This document shows, one piece after another, positions 1 to 12,617 of a DNA stretch of 64,000 nt. The notes below the pieces were generated by a model. That model was given only the letters and a program-made list of their open reading frames with translations. It was not told where the DNA came from and made no database searches. Made by a program: the position numbers and the translations under genes. Every line of letters starts with the position of its first letter. Within the stretch, counting starts at the first letter, position 1. This DNA comes from Azolla caroliniana (Eukaryota; Plantae; Polypodiophyta). The stretch covers positions 12,462,001-12,526,000 of the forward strand of contig JBHGNT010000001.1 in NCBI GenBank assembly GCA_043228905.1, read 5' to 3'.

Positions 1-504
1 GAAATGGAAGTAAGTACACAAACAGAAAAGAATGCACAGGATGTTATCGTGGAAAACCCTGAGAGGGAAAAACCACGGGAGCCCACAGACTCCAAACTAT
101 CACTATGTAGAAAGAATACAACAGGGGGCACAGAGGCAACGACCTCATGCTCACACTCTTTGCCTGGCGGCGGTTACAACAAAGAATCACTCTGTATCTC
201 TCTCTCTCTCTGTTAGACTCTGTACAACAGTTACACGAATAACTCTATACAATGCTAATGACAACACACTAATACCATCAAATTCACTCTGTTTTCCCTA
301 GGTCATATTTATACTAATATGACTTTCGGGCTATTTACAAATATAGCCCCAATGGGCTCTCAAAAACATATTTACCTATATGTCCCTTCATCCGGTGAGA
401 GGTTCCGAACGGGTCTTCCTTAGCGGGTACTCATCATCCGGTTCTCATCGGGTCTTCCGTTGCTGGGTACTCATATCCCATCCAGAGGGACCGAAATCCT
501 AACA
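1..504 (-). repeat. 3' LTR of copia A (truncated by window edge)
   Basis: Matches 14222-14765; begins TGTTAGG on minus strand directly after PPT-like TGAAGGGGGATTT. Confidence 0.92.
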
Positions 505-514
505 AAATCCCCCT

Positions 515-3110
515 TCACTCCGGCATGGGATGCCTCATCAGTCCGAGCCGCTTCCGGCATGCATCCAGTTTGTCGGGTGTCTGCACTTTGGTCAACATGT
601 CCGACCTGTTCTCCTCCGTGTGGATCTTCGTCAGCATGAACTCTTGATCTACCACTCGCTCCCGGATCCAGTGGTACCTCCGTTGGATGTGCTTCGTCCT
701 GGAATGATACGCCACCTTCTTTGCAAGGTGGATAGCACTTTGATTGTCGCAATAGAGCCGATATTCCTCTTGCCGGAACCCTAGCTCTCCAATGAAGTCC
801 TTCATCCACAGTATTTCCTTGCCGGCTTCCACAACTGCCATGTACTCCGTTTCCGTGGTTGACAACACAATCGTCTTCTATAGCCTCGACTGCCATGAAA
901 CAACTCCCCTTGCATATGTCATAACATATCCCGATGTTGATCGGTTGGTATCCGCATTAGCCGAAATATCTGAATTGGTGAAACCGTCAAGTTGGGGTTT
1001 ACCAGAGCCGAATCGGAGACACATACTTGAGGTGCCTTTCAAGTATCGGAGTATCCATTTTACCACATTCCAGTGCTCCTTGCCGGGATTGCTCATAAAC
1101 CAGCTCACCACTCCGACTACGTATCTGATATCCGGTTGGGTACGCACCATTGCATACATTAAGCTCTCGATGACAGAGGCATATGGTATCTTCATCATAT
1201 CCGCCTTCTCTGCCTTTGTCTTCGGGATTTGCTTACCGGACAACCTGCAGTTTGCCGGGAGTGTCGATCCGACCCGTTTCGCATCTGACATGTTGAACCA
1301 CTAAAGCACCTTTGTCACGTATTTCTCTTGTGACAGCCACATTTGCTTCTTTGACCAGTCCCGGATGATATGCATCCCCAATATCTATCTTGCCGGACAC
1401 AAGTCTTTCATTGAGAAGGTCTGGTTCAGAGCCTTCTTCAGCATCTGTATCTTGACTTGGTCTCTTCTGACAATCAACATGTCGTCCACGTAGAGGAGGA
1501 GTATCAGGAAGTCTCCACCTTCGAACTTCTTCTTGTGGTACCCTGATCGGTCATGAAGGAGTCGAACTTCCGGTACCATTGCCGGGGAGCCTGCTTCAAA
1601 CCGTAGAGGCTCTTCTTCAACCAACAAACCAATGCGTCTTGTGGTACCCTTGATCGGTCATGAAGGAGTCGAACTTCTGGTACCATTGCCGGGGAGCCTG
1701 CTTCAAACCATAGAGGCTCTTCTTCAACCGGCAAACTAGGTGCTCCTTCCCTTTCTTCACAAATCCCTTCGGTTGCTGCATGTAGATCTCCTCTTCGAGG
1801 TCGCCGTGGAGGAACGCCGTCTTCATGTCTAACTGCTCTACCTCGAGGTCCATGCTTGCCGCTATGCTCAACACCATCCAGATGGAAGTCATCTTTACTA
1901 CCGGGGCAAATATCTCGTCGAAGTCCACGCCCTTCTTTTGTTGGAACCCCTTCACCATGATCCTGGCTTTGTACCTTGGGGGGTTGCCGGCATCTCCCGG
2001 TTTCAACTTGTACACCCACTTATTCCGGAGTGCCCGCTTTCCTTTCAACAACTCCATTAGTTCATACGTGTGGTTCTCATGCAGGGAATCCATCTCGTCC
2101 TGCATGGCACTCAACCACTTGCGGTTGTGGGTGTCCTCTTTTGCTTCTTCGAAGCTTTCCGGCTCCCCCTCATTGGTTACCAACATGCGCTCTACATCCG
2201 GAAATCTCCGAGGGGCCCTTCTCTCTCTGAGAGGATATCTCTATCCTTGGCTTTCGGCAATTGGCTCCGCTGTTTGTTGTTCATCCGAATCCGATTCGGG
2301 GTCTTGGCCAGTTCCAGTTTCTGCTTCTTCTTCTTCGGTCGGTTTAGTTTCCTCTCCGTTATCAGCTGTCTTCGAGTGTCAACCGGATCTTAGCCGGGTA
2401 GGTCTGTATCTCATTGAATCAATCCTTACCGGTCAACTCGGAGTTCATTATCTTCTTCCCTGACTCCGACTCCCAGTCGGCAAGGGTCTTGTCCTCCATG
2501 AAGATAGTATCTCGACTCCGGAAAACCCTCTTGTCGACCAGATGCCACACTCGGTAGCCGAACTCATCATCGCCGTATCCAAGGAATATGCAAGGCCGGG
2601 ACTTTGGATCCAACTTTGCTCTCCAGTCCTTTGCAACATGCACGTAAGCGAGACACTTGAACACCTTCAGATGCCGGTAAGATACTTCCTTATCGGTTCA
2701 CACTCTTTGCGACGTGTCTCCGTCCAGGGGCATTGACGGTGATCTGTTTATCACGTACGTCGCTGTCGCCAGTGCCTCAGCCCAAAACGTCTTGGGTAAC
2801 CTTGCATGTGCCATCATACTTTGGACCCTCTCCATTATGGTCCGGTTCATCCTCTTGGCCAATCCGTTTAGTTTCGGCGTCTTCGGCACGGTAAATTCAA
2901 GCCGAATTCCCTTCGAGCGGCAGTAACCCTCAAACTGCCCCCAGTATTCGCCTCCGTTATCTACTCGAACCGCCTTCAGCTTCCGGCCGATTTCTCTTTC
3001 CACTCTCGCGTGGACCTCCTTGAAGACGGATAACACCTGATCTTTCGTCTTCAACGATGTGGCCCACAAGTTCCGGTTGTGGTCATCTATGAACGTCACG
3101 AAGTACTGCG
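515..3110 (-). pseudogene. Copia A integrase core, RT and RNase H (disrupted)
   Basis: Fragments with FIDDH, DNGGEY, KKSLYGLKQAPRQW, LLLYVDDML, YCDNQSAIHLAK, HSRTKHI motifs; several in-frame stops and frameshifts. Confidence 0.92.
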
Positions 3111-3116
3111 ATCTGG

Positions 3117-4789
3117 TGTCGTGATGTGGCGTGCTCGAGAGTGGGAAAAACCGGCGAAAGGGGGGGGGTCAAAAATGTGCATGTGCAATGTGTGTGCACA
3201 CAAAAGCGATTAGTTGTGCATATGCAAAATAAAAGGGAAAAGAAAGAGTGGAATGGATTCATAGAAGCCCGTGCAAAAAGTAACAGAGAAGAGAGATAAA
3301 ATGTAGAGGAGAGACAAGCTAAGAATTTATAATGATAGAATTATATATTGCATAAGAGAGAGTTTGTGGGCTAGTGGATTGTAACATTGACTACTAGCTA
3401 GAGGTGCACGGTTCAAATCTAGTCTTATAGTGCAGCGTGATTTAAGGAATTTTATTCCTTTTTCATTGAAGACTAAATTGGCGACCCCCCTTCTTTTTTT
3501 ACTATAAAAGGAGGTCTAGGGGGGCTCATTCGGGAGGACGTTTTGGGAGGAGGAGACTATCGCCAATTTTCCTTCAGAGCTCTTCATCTTCTTATTCACC
3601 ACTTCTCTTCATCTCATACCCCTTCATCCCCCCATCGCCACGTGCTCGTCTTCTTCGTGTCGGCACTCGAAGTGCTCGTGAGCCCAAGCTTCGTTGGTTC
3701 GACGTTGCTCTGCCCCGTTCGTCATTGCGAGCCCGTGTGCTCGCCGTTCGGGTGGTCGTGGTTCGTTGGGATTGGCATTTTGGTGGTGCTCGTGTGTTCA
3801 TCTTCGCCGTGGTCGGTTTTGCTCTTGTCTATAAGGGCATTTAGTATTTATGTTTTGATTGAGCCAGTGGTTGGCTAGAAGTTGCTATTATACTCAAAGC
3901 CTATTTATAAAGGGGTCTCTTGCGTTGGAATCTAGCACATATTTACTCATTTGGCCGATGTCATTCGTGTTTGTGTTATCGTCCCCTTGGATTCATAGGG
4001 AGGATTCGTAGAGAGAGTTCGTAGAGTGGTTTCGAAGAGAGGATTCGTAGAGAGAGTTCGTAGAGTGGGTTCGCAGGGAGAGTTCGTAGAGAGAGTTCAT
4101 AGAGTGAAGATTTGTAGAGTGAGGATTCGTAGAGTGAAGATTCGTAGAGTGTTCGAAGAGAGGATTCGTAGAGTGGGTTCGTAGAGAGGATTCGTAGAGA
4201 GAGTTCGTTGAGAGAGTTCATAGAGTGAAGATTCGTAGAGTGAGGATTCGTAGAGTGAGGATTCGTAGAGTGAGGATTCGTAGAGTGAAGATTCACAGAG
4301 AGGATTCGTAGAGAGAGTTCGTAGAGTGAAGATTCGTAGAGTGAGGATTCGTAGAGTGCAGATTCGTAGAGTGAGGATTGGTAGAGTGAGGATTGGTAGA
4401 GTGAGGATTCGTAGAGTGAGGATTGGTAGAGTGAAGATTCGTAGAGTGAAGATTCGTTGAGTGAAGATTCTTAGAGTGAGGATTCGTAGAGTGAAGATTC
4501 GTAGTGTGAGGATTCGTAGAGTGAAGATTTGTAGAGTGAGGATTCGTAGAGTGAGGATTCGTAGAGTGAAAATTTGTAGAGTGTGAAGATTCGTAGAGTG
4601 AAGATTCATAGAGTAAGGATTCGTAGAGTGAAGATTCGTAGAGAGGATTCGTAGAGTGGGTTTGAAGAGTGCTTTATATTTTAAGATTTAAAATAAATAA
4701 ATAAATAAATATTTATCCCTTGAGTACTCCCTAGTCCAAGACCCCTGTGTTCCCGCCCAAGGAACACACACACGCGAAACTTCGCGACA
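3117..4789 (+). repeat. 5' LTR of gypsy B
   Basis: Direct repeat of 11207-12613 with TG...CA ends, followed by PBS. Confidence 0.92.
4000..4670. repeat. Minisatellite in LTR of B (about 15-bp unit GTAGAGTGA[A/G]GATTC)
   Basis: Dozens of near-identical 13-15 bp units; shorter version at about 12085-12492 in the 3' LTR. Confidence 0.95.
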
Positions 4790-4794
4790 TAAAT

Positions 4795-4811
4795 TGGTGA
4801 ACCTGACGTGA
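4795..4811 (+). promoter_or_regulatory. PBS complementary to tRNA-Trp 3' end
   Basis: TGGTGAACCTGACGTGA right after the LTR; plant tRNA-Trp ends ...TCACGTCGGGTTCACCA (recalled). Confidence 0.8.
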
Positions 4812-4861
4812 AAGGGCGGCAAGGGAGAACCAAGATGTGAGGAGGAGAACTCGTTGAAGCG

Positions 4862-7649
4862 ATGGTGGCGATGGTGGACCGATTGGTAAATGCCCAAGAA
4901 GGCATCACCGGCGTAGACCGGGCCATAGAGACGGTGGTTAGCACAATGGGTCGGTTCAATGGAAGAGATATCACGAGCTACTTGGATGCCTATAAGGCCG
5001 AAATGCTTATGCGAAACGTCCCCGAAGATAGGTAGCTAACTGGATTCGCTAGAGTGGTAACACCGAGTATCCACGCAGAGGTACTCAAGATCCAAGCAGA
5101 CTGTTGCAATTGGGTGGAGTTCGAAGAAAGACTCCTTGAGAAGTACGGCCTTGATGACTCACTCAGAATTTCGAAAAGGGATCTAATGGAGTGGGTTGAG
5201 CTTCCCGGCAAGGGGAGAAATACTATGGTACTTTTACAAGAATTTGAGAAGCGCTTCGCGCAACTCTCGGCTCTCGATAGGATGGTGCTTGACACAAGCA
5301 AGGTCCTACTATTCATAAAGACTGTTGATGCACGAGACCGAGAAAAGGTGGGGTCCCTCCTCGAAACTGATGATGGGCTATGGTAAAACGGGTTTGTAGC
5401 CGCTTCGATAAGAGAAGGGAATGGAACGACGGGTCTCCGTTGAGCAGCCAAAAATCCATAGGCTCCATTAGTGAGACACACAAACCTAGGGGTGGTAGAA
5501 TACCTCAAGAAAGAGAGCAAGCAAATGCAAGGTTCGTCCCCGAGAGAAATGTGGTTGAAGCACCATCGGGAGGGTCGGCAATAGACGAGCTCACAAAGAT
5601 GGTGCGAGATCTCCAAATAGCGCAAGCTAGGAGAGAGAGTGGCGGCCCTCAAGATCGACGTCCCCCGTTCGCGCAAAGATGTATGTGGTGCGACAACCCC
5701 GACCACCTACAAAGGGAGTGTGGAGACTTTCAAGAGGCCCTAATAAAGGATATTGTCTATCTTTGGAACAATAGGGTCTATTCGACAGAGACAAGGCGCC
5801 CCTTGGGATTGAATCAAGGCCAAGGGGGCATGAGAAGGCTAATGGAGGAAGCTGAAGCACGACATGTTGAAGCCGTCCACTACTCGGCGTCGGTTGGGAT
5901 CCGAGTGGGGAAAGAGGTGAGGAGCCAAGAGGAGAAAGAGTTTGACTTTTGGCCGTCAATCCTTGGAAGCCTCTCTAAGGGGAAGTTTAAAAGAGAAGAA
6001 GTGGACGAAGCGGAAAGAAGGGTCCAAGAAGCAACCGGGTGGAAGGATCCGGTGGAAGAAAAGACAGGCTTAGTGGAAGCCTCTTGCCAAAACTACGAAG
6101 TAATGGTACAAGAGAAGAAGGTAGGAAATGATGAGGGAGCCGGTCCATCAAGGAAATACGACGCTCGAGGTGTGTTAGGAAACAGGTCCCTCCGGATGGG
6201 AAGTGAGAAGACCTAGTGAGAACCGGATGTGGAGTACCCGACAACGGAAGACCCGGTGAGAACCGGATGTGGAGTACTCGACAACGGAAGACCCGGTGAG
6301 AACCAGATGTGGAAGACTCGGCAAGGAAGACCCGGTGAGAACCGGATGACGAGTGCCCGGCAAGAGCCAGATGATGCAAGCCTGGTGAGGAGTGCTCACC
6401 GGATGAAGGGACATATTCGTAAATATGTTTCTAAGAGTCCATTGGGGCTATATTTGTAAATAGCCGAAAAGTCATATTAGTATAAATATGACTTAGGGCA
6501 AACTTAGTGTGTAGTTGTGATTCTTGTTGGTGCAAGATTTGAGCGTGTAACTGTGTATAGAGAGAGAGAGAGAGAGAGGAAGAGGTCGTTGCCTCTGTTG
6601 TAACCGCCGCCTGTGGCGAAGATAACAAGCTCGAGGTTGTTGCCTCGGTGCTTTACTATTGTACATTGTGATATAGTGATAGTTTGCAGTCTGTGGGCTG
6701 CCATGGTTTTTCCCTAGTTTGGGTTTTCCACATTAACACCCTGTGTACTCTTCTCTTCACTGTGTCGTGCGTACATTACCCGTTTTTTGTGTTTGATCCT
6801 AGACTTGGTTGTGGCCGAGCGTTGGTCGTCGGGAGCTTGTATTCCTGTCAAGGTGCACGAAGAAGGGAAAAACCGAACCAGTCTCAAGCACGCGACGAAA
6901 GATGGAAAGAGAAGGGGAACCCCCCCAACTTTAAGCTTTGCTCAGAGATCGAACAAGCAACGGACTTGAAGAAGGTAGTGGAGGAAAGGATCCTCGATAG
7001 TCTAGAGTTTACTCTGCGAGAGGTCCTTGGAATTACCAAGACAGAATTCCACGAGGTCATCATCGACCTAATGAAGAGGAAGTGGCTCTCGACGGAGCAA
7101 GAAGTGGCAAAACCCGCGATTGTAAATGCATTGTCAACTGAGGTTCTCGAGGAAGACGAAGACTATGCGGACAGTCACTACACGAGGCCGCATTGGGCGA
7201 GAGCGACAACGGAGACACCGGTACGGGTTGGAGATGTAAAAGATCTGGTTGTAGCATTGATCGACCATGGCTCTGAGATCAAGCTTATGTCCTTGGACTT
7301 TTATAAAAAGGGAAAGTGGCCGATCAACACGAAGCACGGGTGGAAGACTAGAGCGGCGACCCGAGCAACCGAGGAGCTATACAGGGCTTGCCCGAATGTA
7401 CGTGTGAAGGTGGGGGATGTAGAAATAGATCAACATTTCTTTGTTCAAGAGACGTCCTCGCACCCGGTCATCTTGGGTGAACCATACATCACGGCGGCTC
7501 GCATGGAGACGAAGGTGCTAGACAACGGGTCGGCATATGTGAGGGTCAAGAGCCAAGATGGGAAGCATTCGGTCCAATTCCTTATGGTGAGGCCCAACCA
7601 TGAGCGCAATCGAGCCTCCCTCAAAGGGGATAGCCGAGAGGATTTTTGA
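4862..7649 (+). pseudogene. Gypsy B gag plus aspartic protease (disrupted, split by solo LTR)
   Basis: CMWCDNPDHLQREC zinc knuckle; ALIDHGSE protease motif and VILGEPY; frame restored (DARG|ARRR) when the solo LTR is removed. Confidence 0.85.
6173..6850 (+). mobile_element. Solo LTR of the copia A/C LTR family
   Basis: TGTTAGG...TGTCA flanked by perfect 5-bp TSD AGGTG; shares GGTCCCTCCGGATGGGA and TATTTGTAAATAGCC blocks with the A and C LTRs. Confidence 0.9.
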
Positions 7650-10600
7650 TTCGGGCTATTAAAGAGTGGGGCCGCAATAGCCCGAGGCAAACCAAGACCC
7701 TAAACCCTTGTAAGACTATTAAATGTAATAGGAAACAATTTTGGTTCTTTGAAAATGGAGCTTGTAAAATTACTAGTTTAAGTGATAGAGATAAGTCTAG
7801 GGCCAAGAGATACAAAAGGTATCTCAAAAAATGTAATTTATTGGGGGAAGATGACACCATAAGCGGCGCCATGGAGGCGGTCTCGTTTGACGACACTCTC
7901 AGAGAGATGGAGAGGGTAGTCGTTTCGGGCCTCCATGAAGACAAGGTAATTCCAGTCAATTCAGTTGACATGTACACCGCTATTGAAGAGCTTGGGCGGT
8001 TTATTGAGGAAGCGAGGATGGTCAAGGTGCAAACAAAGTACAAGAAAGTGTACAAGAAGGTGAAGCCTGTGGCTGCTCCATTGCCTAACGATAGTTGGGA
8101 TCGGATAAAGGGGGTAGCGGCTGATCCTAGCTTGCGGGACCTACGAGGTATAGGGCACCGGTTCACCGACGAGACGCGATAGAAGCTCCGGATTGGTGGG
8201 GGTGGCTTCCTATTGCCTAGGGAGGAGGAAAGATTTAGAAAGATGATCGAAAGCCACGGAAGGGCTTTCGCCTTCTCGTCGGGTGAGATAGGGTGTGTAA
8301 ACCCTAAGATCGTGGAGCCAATGGTGATCTTTACGGTGCCGCATGTACCGTGGAACATCAAGCCAATCCCGGTTCCGAGAGCTCACATCCCGAAGTTGAT
8401 TGAGCTACTCAAGGAAAAGATCAAGATGGGTATCCTCGAGCCATCAAGCGCCCCATACTTGAATCGGTGGTTCACTGTGCCAAAGAAGAACATCACCTTA
8501 TGCTTCATCCAGGACCTACAAACTGTTAATCAAGTGACAATTTGAAATGCCGGGGTCGAATCGAGCGTTGACGAATTCGCCCGAGGCCTTCGCTGGAAGG
8601 TCTATTTATTCGATCGGTGATCTATACTCAGGGTATGATCAATTCCAACTAGCTGTGGAGAGTAGGGACATCACGACGATGCGGACCCCTATCGGCTTAG
8701 TGCGAATGTGTACCTTGCCACAAGGAGGTACTAACTCTGTAGCCCACATGGTAAATGCAATCAACAAGGTATTGAGAGATTGCATCCCCGATATCACCAT
8801 GTCGTTCCTCGATGACATCCCCATAAAAGGGTGCTCTGAAGTAGAGAAAGATGAAACCTTGGACGAGGATGGGTGCAGACGTTTTGTGGCATATCATATC
8901 TCCGATTGCGAGAAGGTTCTACAAAGACTTGAAGATGCACACTTGACCTTCTCGGATGAGAAATCGGCATTCGGCCAACCGGAGATCCTTGTGGTGGGAC
9001 ACTTGTGCGGGGTGTACGGACGGAAGCCATCCCCGGCAAAGGTGGACGCCATCATAGACATGAGGGGAGAATGTAAATCGCAAACAGAAGTGAGGCGATT
9101 TCTTGGTGCTTGTGCATTCTACCACATTTGGATCCCACACTATGCTCACCTAGCCGAGCCCTTGTATGGGCTACTCAAGAAGGGGCGGAAGTTCAAGTGG
9201 GAGGAAGAGCACACAGAGGCAATGAAGAGGCTCAAAGGAATGTTGGTAGCGGCACCAGCTTTACGAAAAGCCGTATACAAGGAAGGGGTGCCCATCTACA
9301 AAACGGTAGATACGAGTCCAACAGGGATCGGATGGGTCATCAACCAAGAAGAAGAGGATGGTACACGCTATGCCATCCGGTTCAGAGCCAAGGTCTTAAG
9401 CGAGTGACAACGAGGATACGCCCAAGTAAAGCGTGAGCTTTGGGGTATTGTGTCTATAGTGAAGGCGGATAAAGATTACCTAATCGGGTCAGCGGTGGTA
9501 ATAAAGAAGGATTGGCTTCCAATCCTAGGGATGGTTTCGGGGTGTGCAACACCTAACCTAGCTATGCTAAGATGGATTGCTTACATCAAATCAATGAACC
9601 CGGAGATTCACCACATTTCAGGGAAGAACAATGCCATGGCAGATATGCTATCGAGGGCAAGGTTCAAGGGTGAAAGCGACATGGTGTCTGAAGATGAGGA
9701 TGTCGCTCTTGACTTCTTTAAGACGGCCCAAGTGTCTATAGATGATCGAGATGTGCGAGTGTTCCATGCCTTCAACGAAAGTGAATACGAAGGGGAGTGG
9801 CTACACATTGGCAAGTTCTTAAGCTCAATGACGGTGGATAGTTCATGGTCGAAGAAGGAAGCATAGAGAGTCCGAAAGAAAGCGTACAAGTACTTCCTAC
9901 GAGGGGGATTCCTCTGGAGGCATCCAAAGAGAAGGACGGGGATGCCACAAAGAGTGGTCATAAAGGAAGAGGACCAGACAACATTGGTGTCTGAGTTCCA
10001 CGAGAGTCCTTGGACGGGCCATAGAGGAACGTGGGCAACATTCGAGAAGTTAAAGGAGAAGTATTGGTGGCCGGGAATGTACAAGGATGTCGGCCATTTC
10101 GTGGGGACGTGTGAAAGCTACCAGATACACTCCAACATATGCCATAGGGACGAGTTGCACCCGACCTACCCACTCACCATACACTTCAAATGGATGGTGG
10201 ATTTGGTTTCGATGCCGATGGGAGTGGACCAAATGAAATATTTGGTGCTAGCAAGAGAAGACCTAACAAACCAAGTAGAAGGGCGAGCCTTAGCAAACAA
10301 AACGACGACGGGGGTGTGTAAATTCTTACTCGAGGATGTCATCTGCCAGTACGGATGTGCGGGAAAGATAGTGGCCGACAGAGGAGAGCTGAACGCTCAC
10401 GAAGCTACAGAGCTCTTTGACCGACTGGAATGAAGCTCTCTCTCACGATCACTTATAACCCGGAGGCTAATGGAAAGATAGAACGCGGACACATGCCTAT
10501 CGTAAAAGCCATTGTAAGAGCTTGTGATGGGCGAGTCGGGAATTGGCCTCGATTACTACCTTTTTCCTTATGGGCCGACAGAACAACTCATAGCTCAGTT

Positions 10601-11146
10601 ACAGGTTTCATGCCAGTTGAACTCATGTACGGACAAAAGCCGGTGATGCCCATTGAAGACACGATCACTTCATGGGTAGCGATGCCGTGGGAAAACGAGG
10701 TGAGTCGAGAAGAGCTTCTAGCCACAAGGATAAGGCAACTTGAGAGAAGACCCGAAGACTTGGAGTTGGCAAAGGAGAGGTTAGAAGCGGCTAGGCTAAG
10801 TAACAAAGCCCGATTCAACAAGACACACCGACTACGCCCTCAGAAGATCGAAGAAGGAGACTGGGTGATTGTATATGATAGTAGTCTCGACAATCAACAT
10901 AGCTGGATGCAGAAATTCACAAAGCGATGGTTTGGGCCGTACATGGTAATGAGTGCAAATGATAATGCTACATACCACCTCGCTGAACTCAATGGGACTA
11001 AGCTAGTACTACCAATAGCAGGGAAGCGGGTCAAAATCTTCAAAAAGAGACAGGACAAGGAGCCAAACCTTGATGACCTTGACGAAGATAAAGGCGACCA
11101 AACAATAAGCCGCGGGGTCAATGAGGAGGAGGAAATGAACTATTGA
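7646..11146 (+). pseudogene. Gypsy B pol (RT, RNase H, integrase), disrupted
   Basis: DLYSGYDQ, LPQGGTNS, FLDD, VDTSPTGIG, FHE...GHRG, YNPEANGKIER, RWFGPY; stops and frameshifts. Confidence 0.9.
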
Positions 11147-11206
11147 CCACCCTCAGCCCGCCATTCTTGGCACATACCGGAGGATGTGCGGTTTGGTGGA
11201 GGTGGA

Positions 11207-12613
11207 TGTCGTGATGTGGCGTGCTCGAGAGTTGGAAAAACCGGCGAAAGGGGGGGGTAAAAAATGTGCATGTGCAATGTGTGTGCACACAAAAGCGATT
11301 AGTTGTGCATATGCAAAATAAAAGGGAAAAGAAAGAGTGGAAAGGATGCATAGAAGCCGTGCAAAAAGTAACAGAGAAGAGAGATAAAATGTAGAGGAGA
11401 GACAAGCTCAGAATTTATAGAGATATAATTATATATTGCACAAGAGAGAATTTGTGGGCTAGTGGATAGTCACATTGACTACTAGCTAGAGGTGCACGGT
11501 TCAAATCTAGTCTTATAGTGCAGTGTGATTTAAGGAATTTGATTCCTTTTTCATCGAAGACAAAATTGGCGACCCCCCTTTCTTTTTTTCCTATAAAAGG
11601 AGGTCGAGGGGGGCTCATTCGGGAGGACGTTTTGGGAGGAGGAGACTATCGCCAATTTTCCTTCAGAGCTCTTCATCTTCTTATTCACCACTTCTCTTCA
11701 TCTCATACCCCTTCATCCCCCCATTGCCACGTGCTCGTCTTCTTCGTGTCGGCATTCGAAGTGCTCGTGAGCCCAAGCTTCGTTGGTTCGACGTTGCTCT
11801 GCCCCGTTCGTCGTTGCGAGCCCGTGTGCTCGTCGTTCGGGTGGTCGTGGTTCATTGGGATTGGCATTTTGGTGGTGCTCGTGTGTTCATCTTCGCCGTG
11901 GTCGGTTTTGCTCTTGTCTATAAGGGCATTTAGTATTTATGTTTTGATTGAGCCGGTGGTTAGCTTGAAGTTGCTATTGTAATCAAACCCTATTTATAAA
12001 GGGGCCTCTTCCGTTGGAATCTAACACATATTTACTCATTTGGCCGATATCATTTGTGTTTGTGTTATCGTCCCCTTGGATTCATAGTGAGGATTCGTAG
12101 AGAGAGTTCGTAGAGTGGGTTCGAAGAGAGGATTCGTAGAGAGAGTTCGTAGAGTCGGTTCGCAGAGAGGATTCGTAGAGAGAGTTCGTAGAGTGAGGAT
12201 TCGTAGAGTGAAGATTCGTAGAGTATTCGAAGAGAGGATTCGTAGAGTGGGTTCGTAGAGAGGATTCGTAGAGAGAGTTCGTAGAGTGAAGATTCGTAGA
12301 GTGAGGATTCGTAGAGTGAAGATTCGTAGGGTGAGGATTCGTAGAGTGAGGATTCGTAGAGTGAAGATTCGTAGGGTGAGGATTCGTAGAGTGAGGATTC
12401 GTAGAGTGAGGATTCGTAGAGTGAAGATTCGTAGAGTAAGGATTCGTAGAGTGAAGATTTGTAGAGAGGATTCGTAGAGTGGGTTCGTAGAGTGCTTTAT
12501 ATTTATAAGATTTAAAATAAATAAATAAATAAATATTTATCCCTTGAGTACTCCCTAGTCGAAGACCCCTGTGGTCCCGCCCAAGTAACACACGCACGTG
12601 AAACTTCGCGACA
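11207..12613 (+). repeat. 3' LTR of gypsy B
   Basis: Preceded by purine-rich GGTGGAGGTGGA; repeat of 3117-4789. Confidence 0.92.
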
Positions 12614-12617
12614 CCGG

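Larger units (their letters stand above)
3117..12613 (+). mobile_element. Ty3/gypsy LTR retrotransposon 'B' (tRNA-Trp primed), degenerate, inserted in copia A integrase
   Basis: LTRs TGTCGTGA...TCGCGACA at 3117-4789 and 11207-12613; 4-bp TSD CTGG/CCGG; domain order PR-RT-RNaseH-INT. Confidence 0.93.

Noticed and set aside
3976-4609. ORFs with STNPH, LRIFT or YESSL repeats
   Set aside because: Translations of the LTR minisatellite, open in several frames only because the unit lacks stops.
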